Positions 1 through 12,587 of a stretch of 64,000 nucleotides of DNA are shown here, in pieces. Both the position numbers and the translations under genes were made by a program. Every line of letters starts with the position of its first letter. Within the stretch, counting starts at the first letter, position 1. Origin of the DNA: Eledone cirrhosa (Eukaryota). The DNA lies in assembly GCA_964016885.1 (NCBI GenBank), contig OZ024740.1:197532001-197596000 (forward strand), given 5' to 3'. The notes beneath the pieces were generated by a model that had not been told where the DNA came from, did not search any database, and worked only from the letters and a program-made list of their open reading frames with translations.

Positions 1-100
1 ATATATATAATAGTAATAATAATAAATTTGAAGACTAAAATCCAAAGAGGGCTCGATAAGGATAAATATATATCAAATATATAAGAACCGTAGAGCAAAT

Positions 101-801
101 ATTTATTAAAATAACAGATTAAAGTTTAAGCAAAGAATCGTTGCTTTCACTCTTAACGGGATCTTCTGAAACTAAAAAATCAATCTGTGAACGCAGAAGT
201 AAATATTTCGAAAAACGTTGTACACACACACATATATGTTTATATGTGTATTTGATGTATACGTTCATATGTGTGCGGGTATATGTGTCGTGCCGGTTTA
301 CATACGTGTGCGCGTGTTTATGTGTACGTGCATGTATATGTATGCATGGCGTGTGTTTTGCGTATGCACGTGTATGTACGTATTTAGATGTGTTTATGTA
401 TATATTTAATTATTATCACTTTTATGATTTTAAGAACCTCTGTCATTTTCGTTCAACTAATTTATTTACATTATTCTTAACTCCGAAACCGAGAATCATT
501 CGGTTTCCTAAATAGAATATTAGCGTAATGACTCCATTTATACCATAAACGTGGTTTTGTCTTTGCGTGTAATTGTTCTCAACGATCCACATAACGACGT
601 ATTATCTTCGCTTTTTTCCGTTCATTGCCAGGGAACGTTTTCACGAACCAAAGTATCGTCTTCCTGTTTTCCTTCGGTTGCAACGTTTTTCGAAATATTT
701 ACTTCTGCGTTTACAGATTGATTTTTTTTAGTTTCAGAAGATCCCGTTAAGAGTGAAAGCAGCGATTCTTTGCTTAAACTTTAATCTGTTATTTTAATAA
801 A

Positions 802-802
<1 letters not shown>
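101..802. mobile_element. Fold-back PLE pLTR-like fragment: ~120-bp inverted arms (101-220 / 681-802) ending at (TA)n
   Basis: The arms are near-perfect reverse complements. Each contains a degenerate HHR-like core (agttt-CAGAAGA...GAAA-gca..tgc-TT-aaact at 730-780). (TA)n follows at 805. Confidence 0.65.

Positions 803-804
<2 letters not shown>

Positions 805-840
<36 letters not shown>
805..840. repeat. (TA)n microsatellite
   Basis: Seen directly. Confidence 0.95.
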
Positions 841-845
<5 letters not shown>

Positions 846-1139
846 GTTCCTGTGTCAGTGTTGAACAAAAAGGTCACGTGGTTGCCTAAACACTGTACGG
901 CGTAATTCGGGCTGTTTGTTTGTTTAAACAAACAAACCGAGCATTATAATAAATGTTCGGTAAACCGATACGTGCATATATATGTGTGCATGTATGTATA
1001 TATACACATACTACTGTACGTCTGTATACATATATGTATGTACGTATACATACATACTTACTTACATGTAAGTAAGTGCCGTACTAAGAGTGAGAAATGA
1101 AATTTTGTTTCATTCTATTCCATTTATATATATAAATAA

Positions 1140-1356
1140 GGGCGGTGGATTGGAAGTATCGATAGAGGGTCGGATACCATGCTTTGCAGCATAGAGTTAC
1201 GGCCCTTTATGATATGAGTTCAAATCCCGTTCAGGTTAACTTTGCCTTTCATCCTTACGGGGTCGAAAAAACGATAAAATAAAGCACTGGGGTTAATTTA
1301 ATCAACTTTTCCCTTCCCCCCAAATTGCTGGCCTTGTGCCTATATAAGAAACCAAT
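1140..1356 (+). mobile_element. tRNA-derived SINE (family A; central domain resembles the Meta domain)
   Basis: A-box-like GGATTGG..GATAGAG, B-box GAGTTCAAATCCC and central TTTGCCTTTCATCCTTACGGGGTCGA; several dispersed copies in the window. Confidence 0.85.
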
Positions 1357-1359
1357 AAA

Positions 1360-1361
<2 letters not shown>

Positions 1362-1445
<84 letters not shown>
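1362..1445. repeat. (TA)n microsatellite
   Basis: Seen directly. Confidence 0.95.
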
Positions 1446-1447
<2 letters not shown>

Positions 1448-2863
1448 CTTAAGATATATATGTCTTATTCCTCTCTGGAAAAAATCGTCTGTGTCCAGAT
1501 CTGGAGAGGAATTAGCTTCCCAGGTTTAAATCCCAAAAGACATCCCTACGACTCCACCAGGAGGCAAGGGCTCACGCATGAGTGTCGGGAATGTGTGATT
1601 TGAGGTAGATTTGCCTGCTATCTCTAGTAAGCTGAGCGATTCGAAACGTCTCTCGATGGTTTCGTACATGTATTTATTCCAATCATACAATAATATTCAT
1701 TTCTAATGCTCCACATGTTTCTCCTTCAATTGACCAATTCCCAAGACAAGTGTCCTTCCCTCAATATGTATATTGTTCTTAAAGGCATAATATTGTGGCA
1801 GCAGCTGCAGTGTTGAATTTTAATTTTAATGAATCTTAATATTATTCCAAATAATGAGCTCACACAGTGTTTTCTTTTGTTTCTAACATTCTTGATAGAT
1901 TTTTTTAGCTGTAATGTGATTGCTGTTTAAGGTAATTAAAACTTCTCAGATAGAAAACAATATGCGAATAGTTTAAATAATTAGTCAAAAAGTTACGGCA
2001 CAGAGGAACATAAGAATCTAACATACTTTGGGAAAACTTAAACTGGCGTCAAGCTGTATCAGCATTTGCTTTATTCCCCCCCTCCCGCCCCCACACACAC
2101 ATGCAAGCACATACATACACCTACACCCACACACACACTCATACACACACATGCACACACATACACACACCATCACATACGCACATACATGCACACACAC
2201 ACATACCCATACACACACATACACACACACAAACACGTTGCCCAGTCCACTGCTATGGAAAGGATCGTTCTAGGTGTACATCGATGGTCTCACGTGACAT
2301 AGGGGGTCTCAGATAGACGGAATATGAACCCGAGTGTTTATTGATCGCACATTGCATCTACAAGTAAACGAGAGACACGACGTAGTCGCCACAACCATCA
2401 ACAAATCACTCAAAACAAGAGACACTTTGGATAATGTAGATCTAGTTACACAATCTATATATAAATTTGAGCGACTTCCGTCCGTCCGTGACACTATGTG
2501 TGTGTAAAAGAAAGGAAGGGGATGGAGAACAAAACTATAGCAAAACAGTGGCTGGCGTTCCATTTGTGTAAGGCTTTGTGTGAGTGTATATGTATGTATG
2601 TGTTTGTGTTTGTGTAAATGTATGTGTGTGTGTGTTTATGTGAATGTATGTGTATTTATGTGAATGTATGCCCGTGAGTGCGTATTTCTGTAAGTGTGTC
2701 TGTGTTTGCGCGTTTATATTTATGTACTCATACATATAAATGTATGTATATACACATACACAATCGCACACGCATATATACATAACGTCAGCGTGTTGAA
2801 AAAAATCCTAGTGTATTAAAAAGGACGAGATGGTCACAGGATCGTTTTGATTAAATATATAAT

Positions 2864-3054
2864 TGTTTCTACTTTTGGCACAAGGCCAGCAATTACCCAG
2901 TGCATTACTAGTACTTTATTTCATCGACCCCGTAAGGATGAAAGGCAGACTTAACCTCGGCGCGATTTGAAATCAGAATAGCAAGGACCGTAACTCTATG
3001 CGTCAAAGCATGGTGTCCGACCCTCTACCGATACTGCCAATCCACCGCCCCTAG
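2864..3054 (-). mobile_element. SINE family A, full length, with 20-bp target-site duplication (TSD)
   Basis: Reverse complement of the 1140-1356 family; GTTTTGATTAAATATATAAT flanks it at 2844-2863 and 3055-3074. Confidence 0.88.
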
Positions 3055-3314
3055 GTTTTGATTAAATATATAATACACACATATAAGCCTGTAATTTGTT
3101 ATAAAACTTTTAACCATAACACCAATGTAAAATTTATTTCTTGAAAAGAAAAATGGTAGTGACCCCGAAGTTTTAGGTATTGCTTCATCTAGCTGGAGGA
3201 TGTGGATAATTTATTTTTAATTTCATTTGCACCGTTTCCCCTCACCCCCTTTTTGCTATATGTCTCTCCACCACTCCCCTACACACCCTTTGAACTTTCT
3301 TCTCACACACTTTT

Positions 3315-3348
3315 CACCTGAAGAAGGGCTTATGCCCGAAACGTCGTT
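3315..3348 (+). ncRNA. Minimal type-I hammerhead ribozyme motif (PLE pLTR)
   Basis: cac-CTGAAGA-aGGGC-ttat-GCCC-GAAA-cg-TC-gtt. Confidence 0.75.
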
Positions 3349-3451
3349 CCCCACCACCACCCCACTCTCAAGAGCGTGAAACTAATAAACCTTTGTTCGT
3401 ACTGCCTCTCTGTTTTGTTCCCGTTCAATTTTTCACTGTATATATATATAT

Positions 3452-4622
3452 ATAAACGTTTGAATATGTATAATAAAGCCAAAACAATGCAGGTATGGAC
3501 ATAGAATAAAGGATGTAAATGCAAAAGATATTGTTGATAATTAGTCTTTTACCTTAGATTTATTTAAATGTCCTTAATTTTCGAGATAATATCTCTTCTT
3601 CAGAGGGAAATAAAGGTCTCAAACCAGCGTTCTAAGTAGCTTGCCAAGTCATGCTGACAGGAAATGGTATAGAGTATCTGTGCTATCTCTAATGTCAAAG
3701 AGTTAAAATTAGGTGGATAAAGAGTAGTCTCCCTTTAAAAAGTTTTTTCGTTTTGTTTTTTTTTTTGTTTTTTATATACATGCCTGTTTAAGTGTGTGGG
3801 AGAATGCATGAAGGTGTAAGTATGTGAGTGTGTGTGTGTGTGAGTGTGAGAAGATAAGTCTATTCGTAAATGTGGGGGATAAGTGTTATCTGGTGTTAGA
3901 ACTGGTTTTGTGTGTGTATGTGTGAGAGAGAATAAGTGGAGGTGTAAGCGTGTGTGCGTGCGTGCGTGTGTGTGTGTGTGTGGGGTGTGTGTAAATATGG
4001 GGCTAGAAGCTCTATCAGGTTATAAATTGGGTGTTGAGTTCTAGTCTATTATTGATTGGTGGTTGTGTTTTATCTATAATTAGTGCTTCCTTAATTCTAA
4101 GATTGCCGAGGTTTCTTTCCTTAGTTTCTATCCTAACTGTTATGGTTTTGTCGGTGTTTTTGCATTTAACTAGGTGTTTCTTAAATGAGGAAGCGTTAGT
4201 ATTGAGGTGTTCTTTTATTCTTATGTGGAGTGGTCTGGTGGTGCTACCTACGTAGAAGTTGTTGCATTTGTCACACTCTAGTCTGTATACGACGTAAGCC
4301 TGGTAGCATAGGTCTGTGTCGTTGATGGGGCAGTTGGCTAGTCTGCAGCAGTTGTCATGTCTGGTGGAGTGTCTTTTGGTTAGCTGTACACGTAGGGAAG
4401 GACCTGAGTGGGCCAGTTGGATATCTAGTCCCTCTCGTCTGATAGCTCTGCGGATGGCTGTTGTTGTTTCTTCACTGAAGTGTGGGAGCTTCAGGAAGCA
4501 AGTGTTAGTGCCTCGGGTGTGGTGTCCTCTGTTCTTTCTGGCACGATTTGTGGTGGATGTCGTGTATCCGTTCAGTTTGAGTACTGAAGCTCCCACACAG
4601 ATATAATTCTCTGAAATATTCA
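3452..4622 (-). mobile_element. 5'-truncated Penelope-like element: GIY-YIG endonuclease C-terminus, 3' UTR and pLTR
   Basis: ORF 4015-4623 has VVYRLECDKCNNFYVGST...RIKEH...KHLVKC (GIY-YIG with CCHH). An HHR lies in the pLTR and the element ends at (TA)n. Confidence 0.88.
3572..3606 (-). ncRNA. Minimal hammerhead ribozyme motif
   Basis: Minus strand reads cct-CTGAAGA-aGAGAT-att-ATCTC-GAAA-at-TA-agg; stems I and II are complementary. Confidence 0.8.
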
Positions 4623-4623
4623 A
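4015..4623 (-). pseudogene. PLE linker plus GIY-YIG endonuclease fragment
   Basis: VVY..CxxC..YVG motif, Cys-rich linker CCRLANCP and C-terminal LRIKEAL..PPIN. Confidence 0.85.
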
Positions 4624-4718
4624 TTTCGTTTTCTTGGCAGTATGTACAGCACGGTTTTAAATAAGTTTGAGGCGTAAAGACAATGTGCGTGTGCATATGT
4701 GTGTGTGCGTGCGTGCGG

Positions 4719-4819
<101 letters not shown>

Positions 4820-5347
4820 CGTGCGTGCGCTCATCAGAAGTTAAGGGTAATTCTGCATAACTGAAGATGTAAAAATCTTTCTCAAATTTGCAATCATCTT
4901 TTTCAAGCTTTTCTTCTTCAGCCTTCATTTACACAATTATTTTATTATACATCTGAACGCAGCATGTCCGGATATTTAAGATTACACCGCAATCATTAGG
5001 TTCAGGGGTCTATCACCTAGCATGATATCTTGTGAAAGGTCATTTACCAAAGCTTCGAGTCAACTCTTGCATTGTGATGGAATTGGGAAGATAGAAATTG
5101 TTTGCAAGTCCGTTGGACAAACTGTACTTGTAATTCAAAGAGCCAACATAGTCACACAATGTATCATGTTGAATTTCTGTGAGACTTACGTTAAAGGTAC
5201 ACATCTTACACAATAACAGCACGAGAATGGTGTTCTATTAATCGAACAACTGGAACGCCCATCGTCGAAAGAAACGGGTGTCCATCCAATTTATTTTTCT
5301 TATAAATTTGGTGGTTTATCTATTTTTATTTTATTCACTATCTATTT

Positions 5348-5433
<86 letters not shown>

Positions 5434-5435
<2 letters not shown>

Positions 5436-5858
5436 AGCAAGTTATAGTTCACTTGAAGCATTGTGTAATGAGGTATAAACGTTTGTATATGTATAATAAA
5501 GCCAAAACAATGCAGGTATAGGCATAGAATAAAGAATGCAAATGCAAAAGATATTGTTGACAATTAGTCTTTTATCTTAGATTTATTTAAATGTCCTTAA
5601 TTTTCGAGATAATATCTCTTTTTCGGAGGGAAGTAAAGCGGTTAAACCAGTGTTCTAAATAGTATTTAGCTATTTAGAACCCTGGTTTAACCGCTTTACT
5701 TCCCTCCGAAGAAGAGATATTATCTCGAAAATTAAGGACATTTGAATAAATCTAAGGTAAAAGACTAATTGTCAACAATATCTTTTGCATTTGCATTCTT
5801 TATTCTACGTCCATACCTGCATTGTTTTGGCTTTATTATACATATACAAACGTTTATA
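5434..5858. mobile_element. Fold-back solo pLTR pair (arms 5474-5662 / 5670-5858), same family as the 3452-3640 pLTR
   Basis: ~189-bp arms with a 7-nt loop. The HHR motif is in both arms (CCGAAGA core on + at ~5706). A ~40-bp tail is on one arm only, and (TA)n lies on both sides. Confidence 0.85.
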
Positions 5859-5863
5859 TATAT

Positions 5864-6294
5864 ATATACGATATTAATAAATGAAACTATATTTATAAAA
5901 CCATATTATATATATTTCAAGGATACCAAGTTACATTATGGTATGCCTTCATCAGACAAAATACAATATATAACAGTTTTATAAATAGACATTGACGTAC
6001 CCCTTTAAAAATTGACCGTTGTTTTTGGAGGCCCTCGGGATAGACGTCGGTCAATTTTTAAAGGGGTACGTCAATGTCTATTTATAAAACTGTTATATAT
6101 TGTATTTTGTCTGATGAAGGCATACCATAATGTAACTTGGTATCCTTGAAATATATATAATGAAATAAATATGGTTTTATAAATATAGTTTCCATTTATT
6201 AATATCGTATATCTACTCCAAATATTTGTCGAGTGCTTTATATCAGTTATAAAAATATTTGCTTGTTGTATCCCAACAATTTAAATAAAACTTT

Positions 6295-6296
<2 letters not shown>
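5864..6296. mobile_element. Second fold-back pLTR pair (arms 5864-6018 / 6048-6212) from a different PLE family
   Basis: ~155-bp inverted arms, an HHR motif, and an unpaired tail running to (TA)n at 6297. Confidence 0.8.
6108..6160 (+). ncRNA. Hammerhead ribozyme motif with long stem II
   Basis: CTGATGA-aggcatacca-taatgtaact-tggtatcctt-GAAA-tata-TA; stem I is weak. Confidence 0.65.
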
Positions 6297-6346
<50 letters not shown>

Positions 6347-7340
6347 CATTCTCACACACACATATATATATATATATACCTTATATTATATATACATATA
6401 CTAACTATATAAAAACTATCTAGTTATAATAAAATAATAAAATAATAAAAAAAATGTTTTTAACTCCCTCCACACATGTTTAAAGATAACAATTATATAA
6501 CCAATAATATTTTATATATTCTATAAAGATTAATTTATAACACTACTACAATATTAAAACAACCCTTAATTTATCAACAACCTTAATTACCTCCCTTTGT
6601 TATTAACCCCCTTTACAACTTCCTGTGTAAACTCATAAAATTAAGCAACCTAACGGTTTACCAACAGCTTAATAACGGTTAATAGAAACCCTAGAAAAGA
6701 TAATTTGTAGATAAAAAATGCATAAGATAATATACCTACAATAACAACATGGCCTGTAATTCGGTGGAATTTACATTTAACAAACAAACACCTATTGACT
6801 ATAAACGACTCAAAATAATCCCATGGTTAATGGCTGTGAGTTACAAACCACATATACACATACATACGAACTACAACACAAAAACACTTGTATGAAAATC
6901 ACATATCCAACTCTAGCACGTGCTTTGCATTACACCTTACATATACAAATACCTGCATTATCACCACATGCCTCTCTAACAAATTGCACACTAACTTAAA
7001 CATTTATAATAATTATAACATGCTTTAACACCCCACACAAAATACGTTTATTTCAACTGCATTATAACTCTTTCCTCATACATGCCTTATTGACTGTATT
7101 GACTCCTGAATTGTACACCAGTTTTCCTTGCTTGTAACTTTTTTGCCTGTATTTTTTTGCTTGTGATTTTCGCTTATACCTATTACACTTTCAACCAGTG
7201 CTGCCTGTAATTGTGTTCTTTCAAGCAGAACATCTTTTTAACTCCTGACTCTCCACATGATGCCTTTGACACAAAAAACAATTATGTACCCTAAATGATC
7301 TAAATGACTAGGATTTTAGTTACATGTTTCGACATTCCTA

Positions 7341-7387
7341 TGCTCCGATGATTCCAGACTTCCCTCTGGAAGAAACAATTGTCAGCA
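7341..7387 (+). ncRNA. Hammerhead ribozyme motif (U4C core variant)
   Basis: tgct-CCGATGA-TTCCAGA-cttccc-TCTGGAA-GAAA-caattg-TC-agca; 4-bp stem I, 7-bp stem II and palindromic stem III. Confidence 0.8.
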
Positions 7388-7561
7388 AATAAATGTTCTA
7401 AACTAAAATTTGATCGTTTTAACACTTTGTATCTCGGCTCTGTAAAACTCTTGAAAATTTGCATCGAGCCTTTTGTCATACCGGTAACCGGCTAGTACTT
7501 AGTACTACCCTCTATATTTATAGTTGTATCAAACATATATAAATATAAATATTCTTATTAC

Positions 7562-7593
<32 letters not shown>

Positions 7594-7594
7594 T

Positions 7595-7815
7595 AACAAA
7601 GGTGTGGTAAGATACCAGGTGGACCATAACGTACCAAAGTACTCGATACTTAGGGTAGTAGAGTGGGTAATAGTAAAAGAGTCAGGACCCCGACGGCTGA
7701 ACTCCGGTCGTTTCGACTACTAGATCCGGGCTAGATGAAGCAATACCTAAATCTTTGGAGTCACTACCATTTTTCTTTTCAAGAAATAAATTTTACATTG
7801 GTGTTATGGTTAAAT
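7595..7815 (-). mobile_element. PLE pLTR fragment with degenerate U3:A8-type HHR; partial inverted copy at ~3108-3195
   Basis: Minus strand TTGAAAA...TC-GAAA-cgac..gccg-TC-gggg parallels the 17511-17602 motif; 7730-7815 matches the reverse complement of 3108-3195. Confidence 0.55.
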
Positions 7816-8232
7816 TCCGGAATTTACTTGCGTGTGTATAGGGTTGTCGTTGACCCAATTTTTATAATTTACATCGTTAAAATTGAGATTTGACCAATAT
7901 AACATTTGTTGTTTTGTAACCTAACTTTCGGTGCATACTATGTTGGTATATATATTTTTTCTCTGACCTCGCGTTGGTGAGTGTGAGTGTACTCACTCAC
8001 AATAATTGTGACCGACCGAAATTCTACAGATTTGATGTTGAGATTAGACCTCTCCAGCGTCTTTTACAGCTATTGAGAGATAGTGATTTGATAGATTTAT
8101 GACCCTGACTGAAGACGATAGCAGTTGGTGTGTTTTGGCTGCTGAATCTTCATATGTGGAACAGAACTCTAGTGAGTGAACATCGTTAGTTTTTCCTCCC
8201 TCATATCAAAGATTTGAAGACAATTCATTATT

Positions 8233-8304
8233 CACCTGATGAGATCAGTGATAATCGATCATGACCACACGATCGATTTATCTCTTATTGAAACATGTGT
8301 CGTG
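8233..8304 (+). ncRNA. Hammerhead ribozyme motif with extended stem II
   Basis: cac-CTGATGA-...gataatcgatc-loop-gatcgatttatc...-GAAA-catgtg-TC-gtg; (TA)n follows at ~8349. Confidence 0.75.
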
Positions 8305-8644
8305 ATTAAAATGATTGGAAATTTATACCATGCCTTCGGATCTTTATTTATATATATATGGGATTACAAGTTATCGTTATAGGTAATCCAGTTAGAGGTT
8401 GTGAGTACTCCGCGTCGTGGATAGTTTTAACATACGGCTTTGTTTGACTCAACAAGATGTTTCCATAGTTATGCAGCGAGATCGCGGTAATTTCTATGCG
8501 GGTTATACTTGGAGTAATAATAGTTAAATAAAGAAGAGTAACATGGTTGGCTGTACAATAAGGGCTTTATTTAAAGTACTGACAATTGTTTCGTTGATCA
8601 GGTGTGTCTAGAGTTCGCTAATCGCTTGAGGTTGCGTCGACCTC

Positions 8645-10795
8645 ATGAACATGATAAGGGGAACTAAATTAAAAAAATGGACACATCACAACAAATTGCA
8701 AAACGACATCAATGCACAACTAAAAAAACTACGCAACACCAACGGTATTATAGTAAAAGCAGACAAAACATCAAACGTATACACCATGAGCCTCAATACA
8801 TACAATAATTTTATACGCCGAGAATTGCACAAACAATATAAAAAAAAACAACTGAATCTGCACTCACTAGCATTAATAAGGAAGGACTTAGCATAATAAA
8901 AAAAACTGAAAATATCTGATAGAACCGAGCCTCTAACCCCCTGTAACCCCACATTTAACCTAAAGGATCACAAAAATAATTTTGAAATAGACCCCACAAT
9001 TAGATTAATATGCCCATCTAAGTCGGATATAGGTAGAATTAGCAAGTATATACTAGATAGAGTAATCGCACAAATTAAGGTCAAACTAATAATTAAGCTA
9101 TGGGGTAACACTAACGAAGCAATAGACTGGTTCAGCAAAATAAGCAATAGAGAAACATATAACTTCATACAATTCGACATTAACAACTACTACTCATCCA
9201 TTTCCACAGTCACCCTGGGTAAAGCGCTAACCTTTGCCCAGAAAAATTCGGACCTTACCTCGGACGAAATTAAAATAATACTAGCTGCTAGAAGGACTAC
9301 CATTAAATTCAAAAATAATTACTGGGAACGAAAAAACAGACAGAATAGCTTCGATATCACAATTGAATCTAACGACTCAGCGCAAATAACGGGCTTGGTG
9401 GGAATATATATAGCGCACAACTTACATAAGGAATATAATAACCTCCAAGGAGGAATTTATAGAGACGATACACTCCTTATAGCCAAAAACTTAAATAATC
9501 AGAACATGGAAAGATTACGTAAAAACATTAGAATATTCTTAAAAAAACTAGGCCTAAGTATCACTTTCGAACTTAACTCTAAAAAAGCAAATTTCTTAGA
9601 TGTAACTCTCAACCTAAACACAGGATTAATAGAGCCCTTCCATAAGAATAACGAAAATCTAGCCTACATTAGTTACAACTCAAACCACCCCCGATCCATA
9701 ATTAACTCCATAGCACATAGTATATCCCTCAGAATATCCCGTCTATCTTCGAACCTAGAAACTTTTTACGAACACGCAAACTATTATAACATAGCTTTAC
9801 ATAAGGCTGGACATAAGGAAAAGCTGAATTACATACTAGATAGAGACAACAACAACAAACCCAATGACATCAACACTACCCGCTCATACAGAAATAACAA
9901 GCATAGGACTAAGCATAGAATTAGACAACGAGCACCCAAAATAACCGAACAGAACACTAATATTAGGACCCCCAAAAACTATAGAAGATCCAGAGAAAGA
10001 AAGTACCTATGGTTCAATCCAATATTCAACTCCTCTATAAAAACTAAACTACCTTCTACATTCTTTAAACTAATAGATAAGCACTTCCCTACACTACACA
10101 AATACCATGAAATCTTCAATAGAAAAACTATAAAACTTTCATACTCTACTGCAGCCAACATAGAATCGCACATACATAAGATCAACCACAAAAATATCTC
10201 TAAAGAAATTAGCCTACCAACGCGCACCATAGCACCAAATACAAAACACAAACACATAACAACATCACAACCACAAACACATCAGAACGCATCACAACAA
10301 AACATTAATAGGCCTAAATCACAACCCACCCACAACAACTTACAAAACCGCAACGACGAACCTGCACAAAATAAAACCCCAAATTGTAATTGCCACCTAC
10401 CAGATAAGTGCCCACTACGAAATAGATGCATGGATTCGAGTATGGTATACCTATGTACTGTGAATTCAGGCAACTCTACCTGGCACTACATAGGTTCCGC
10501 AGCTGGGGAGTTTAAGAAAAGGCACTCTATGAAGAACCGTGCACTGGAGAACTCTACAACGCTCGCCAATAAAATCTGGCAGCTTAAGGACAAAAACCTA
10601 GAATATAAGATTAGCTGGTCGAAATTATCGGTAGCAAAAACCTACAGCAACGGAATGTCCCACTGTAGGCTTTGTAATTTAGAACTACTACATATTTTAA
10701 GGTACGATAGGATGCTGCTTAACAGCAAAATAGAAAGATCTATTTTCTGTAGGCATAAAATAGCTACTAGATTTACGAACTTCAAACCATCATGA
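8645..10795 (+). pseudogene. PLE RT-GIY-YIG polyprotein, frameshifted near the poly-A runs at ~8840-8905
   Basis: ORFs 8645-8896 and 9395-10795 plus the intervening open frame (KDHK..RLICPSKS..FIQFDI). Confidence 0.88.
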
Positions 10796-11403
10796 TTTGA
10801 ACCAGCAATCCCAAAATTAGTACTGAACCACCTTGATTTTAACGTATAGAATACACACCATCGCACCGCTATTAGCTACCAAACTGCAAACCGGTCACTG
10901 GATCATAAATCTCTGTACATTTCTTCCACCCTCTCTCCATCAACCCCATTAAGATAGAACAATCAGCAAAACATTTACAACAAGCGTTTATCAAACGTCC
11001 CGTCATCCCTAGCCCATAAATATAATAAATGTATACATCAATTAATCTCTAATTTACTCTCTTTTCTTTTATCGGACACTCTACACGTATTTATCTACAT
11101 CTCAAATCTGGTTTCTCATGTTAGCACCAACGAATCCTTATAAGAACACTGACTCAAAAACTACTAATATCTACTTGCACTCTCTCACTCATTTATTTTT
11201 TTATATTTTCCATTTCCTCATTTTCTTCTTATTTTTTTTTTTACTTTTTACATCTGTAACTTCTCTATCTATATACCATACATGTCTTATTATTGGTGTT
11301 ATTGTTTAGATTATACGCTATTTTATTATTGATGTTATTGTTTTGGTTTTACGCTGTTTTTCTATATAAGTCTTGCCTCGAGTGAATTATTTTCATATCT
11401 ACA

Positions 11404-11512
11404 TACTCTGATGTGTTGACCAGTGGTAAACAATGTATTGGAGATCGATTGACGCAACCTCAAGCGATTAGCGAACTCTAGACACACCTTATCAACGAAA
11501 CAATTGTCAGTA
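11404..11512 (+). ncRNA. Hammerhead motif with ~70-nt insertion in stem II (A9 reads T)
   Basis: tact-CTGATGT-GTTGA-[~72 nt]-TCAAC-GAAA-caattg-TC-agta. Confidence 0.7.
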
Positions 11513-11630
11513 CTTTAAATAAAGCCCTTATTGTACAGCCAACCATGTTACTCTTCTTTCTTTAACTATATATATATATAAGGATTTCAAAAACTTAATA
11601 AACGGCATCAATAACCACATCCAATTCACA

Positions 11631-12587
11631 ATGGAATACAGCCAAGATCAACTCCCATTTCTGGACATCTTAATCTTAAAAAAAGACACAAATATTGAAA
11701 CTGACATACACTACAAACCAACAGATTCCAAACAATACCTGCTATTCACCTCCAACCATCCAAAGCACACAAAGACGAACATTCCTTTTAACCTAGCAAG
11801 AAGAATTTGCACAATTGTCTCCAATTATGAAACGCGAAATGAAAGACTTCAAGAATTAAAGGAAATTCTACTCGAAAGTGAGTACCCACTATTACTAATA
11901 AATAATGGAATAGAAAGGGCTAAAGCAATAGGCATTGATGAATTACGAAAACAGAAACAAATTCAAGGTACGTCCAATATTCTATCATATATCTCAACAC
12001 ACAACCCAAGAAATGCGGAAGCTTACAACACTATTCACAAGAACATCCCACTACTAAAACAAAACCCAAGAATGAAAAAAGTCCTTGAAACACACAAAAT
12101 AATCAAAAGCAAAAGACAACCGAAATCACTGAAAACATTACTCACCAATGCCAAATTACCTACCACAAACCCACAACCAACTGTAAAAAAATGTGGTCGC
12201 TCTAATTTTGGAACCTGCACTCACCTCATTGAAGACAACAAGTATACATTTAAATCAGGACAAAATTTTGCAGTAAAAAATCACTTCACTTGCTCATCAA
12301 AAAATCTAATTTAAGCCATTAAATGTAAAGGATGCAATGAAGATTATATAGGACAAACTAAACTCACACTCAGAAACAGAATGACAGTTCATCGCCAACA
12401 ATTACGAGATCCAACCACGAGACAGATACCACTGAGCGCACATCTAGACATATGCGCAAGTAATAAGACACCCAAATTCCAAGTCTTCCAATTTTACCTT
12501 TGCGCTAACAATACAACAGAACAAATACGAATAAATAAGGAAAATATGTTTATTCAAAAATATAGACCAGCATTAAATATGGTTTAA
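11631..12587 (+). pseudogene. PLE RT C-terminus and GIY-YIG endonuclease with an in-frame stop at 12312-12314
   Basis: ORFs 11631-12314 and 12381-12587 share a frame; TAA replaces the Y of LIY. Confidence 0.85.

Larger units (their letters stand above)
8520..11569 (+). mobile_element. Penelope-like retroelement (RT + C-terminal GIY-YIG; CxCx5C linker, Hydra-clade-like) with inverted 5' partial pLTR
   Basis: 8520-8638 is the reverse complement of 11451-11569. Motifs ADKT, FDINNYY, YRDD, FLDV, WFNP, CNCHLPDKCP and MVY..YIG are present. Ends at (TA)n. Confidence 0.93.

Noticed and set aside
1140-1240. tRNA gene
   Set aside because: A and B boxes are present but I see no cloverleaf, and the sequence continues into a repeated SINE body.
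141-2783. Short HT-, CV- and YI-repeat ORFs (also at 4505-4864, 5278-5563, 15705-16058, 20571-21047, 24751-25108)
   Set aside because: They are translations of (CA)n, (TA)n and (CT)n microsatellites.
4860-5240. Possible host exon or transposase fragment on the minus strand
   Set aside because: No recognisable motif, stops in the frames I checked and no convincing splice pair; it would need BLASTX.
6730-6800. MACNSVEFTFNKQT resembling a PLE RT segment
   Set aside because: Too short, and the expected downstream GxxMG motif is missing.
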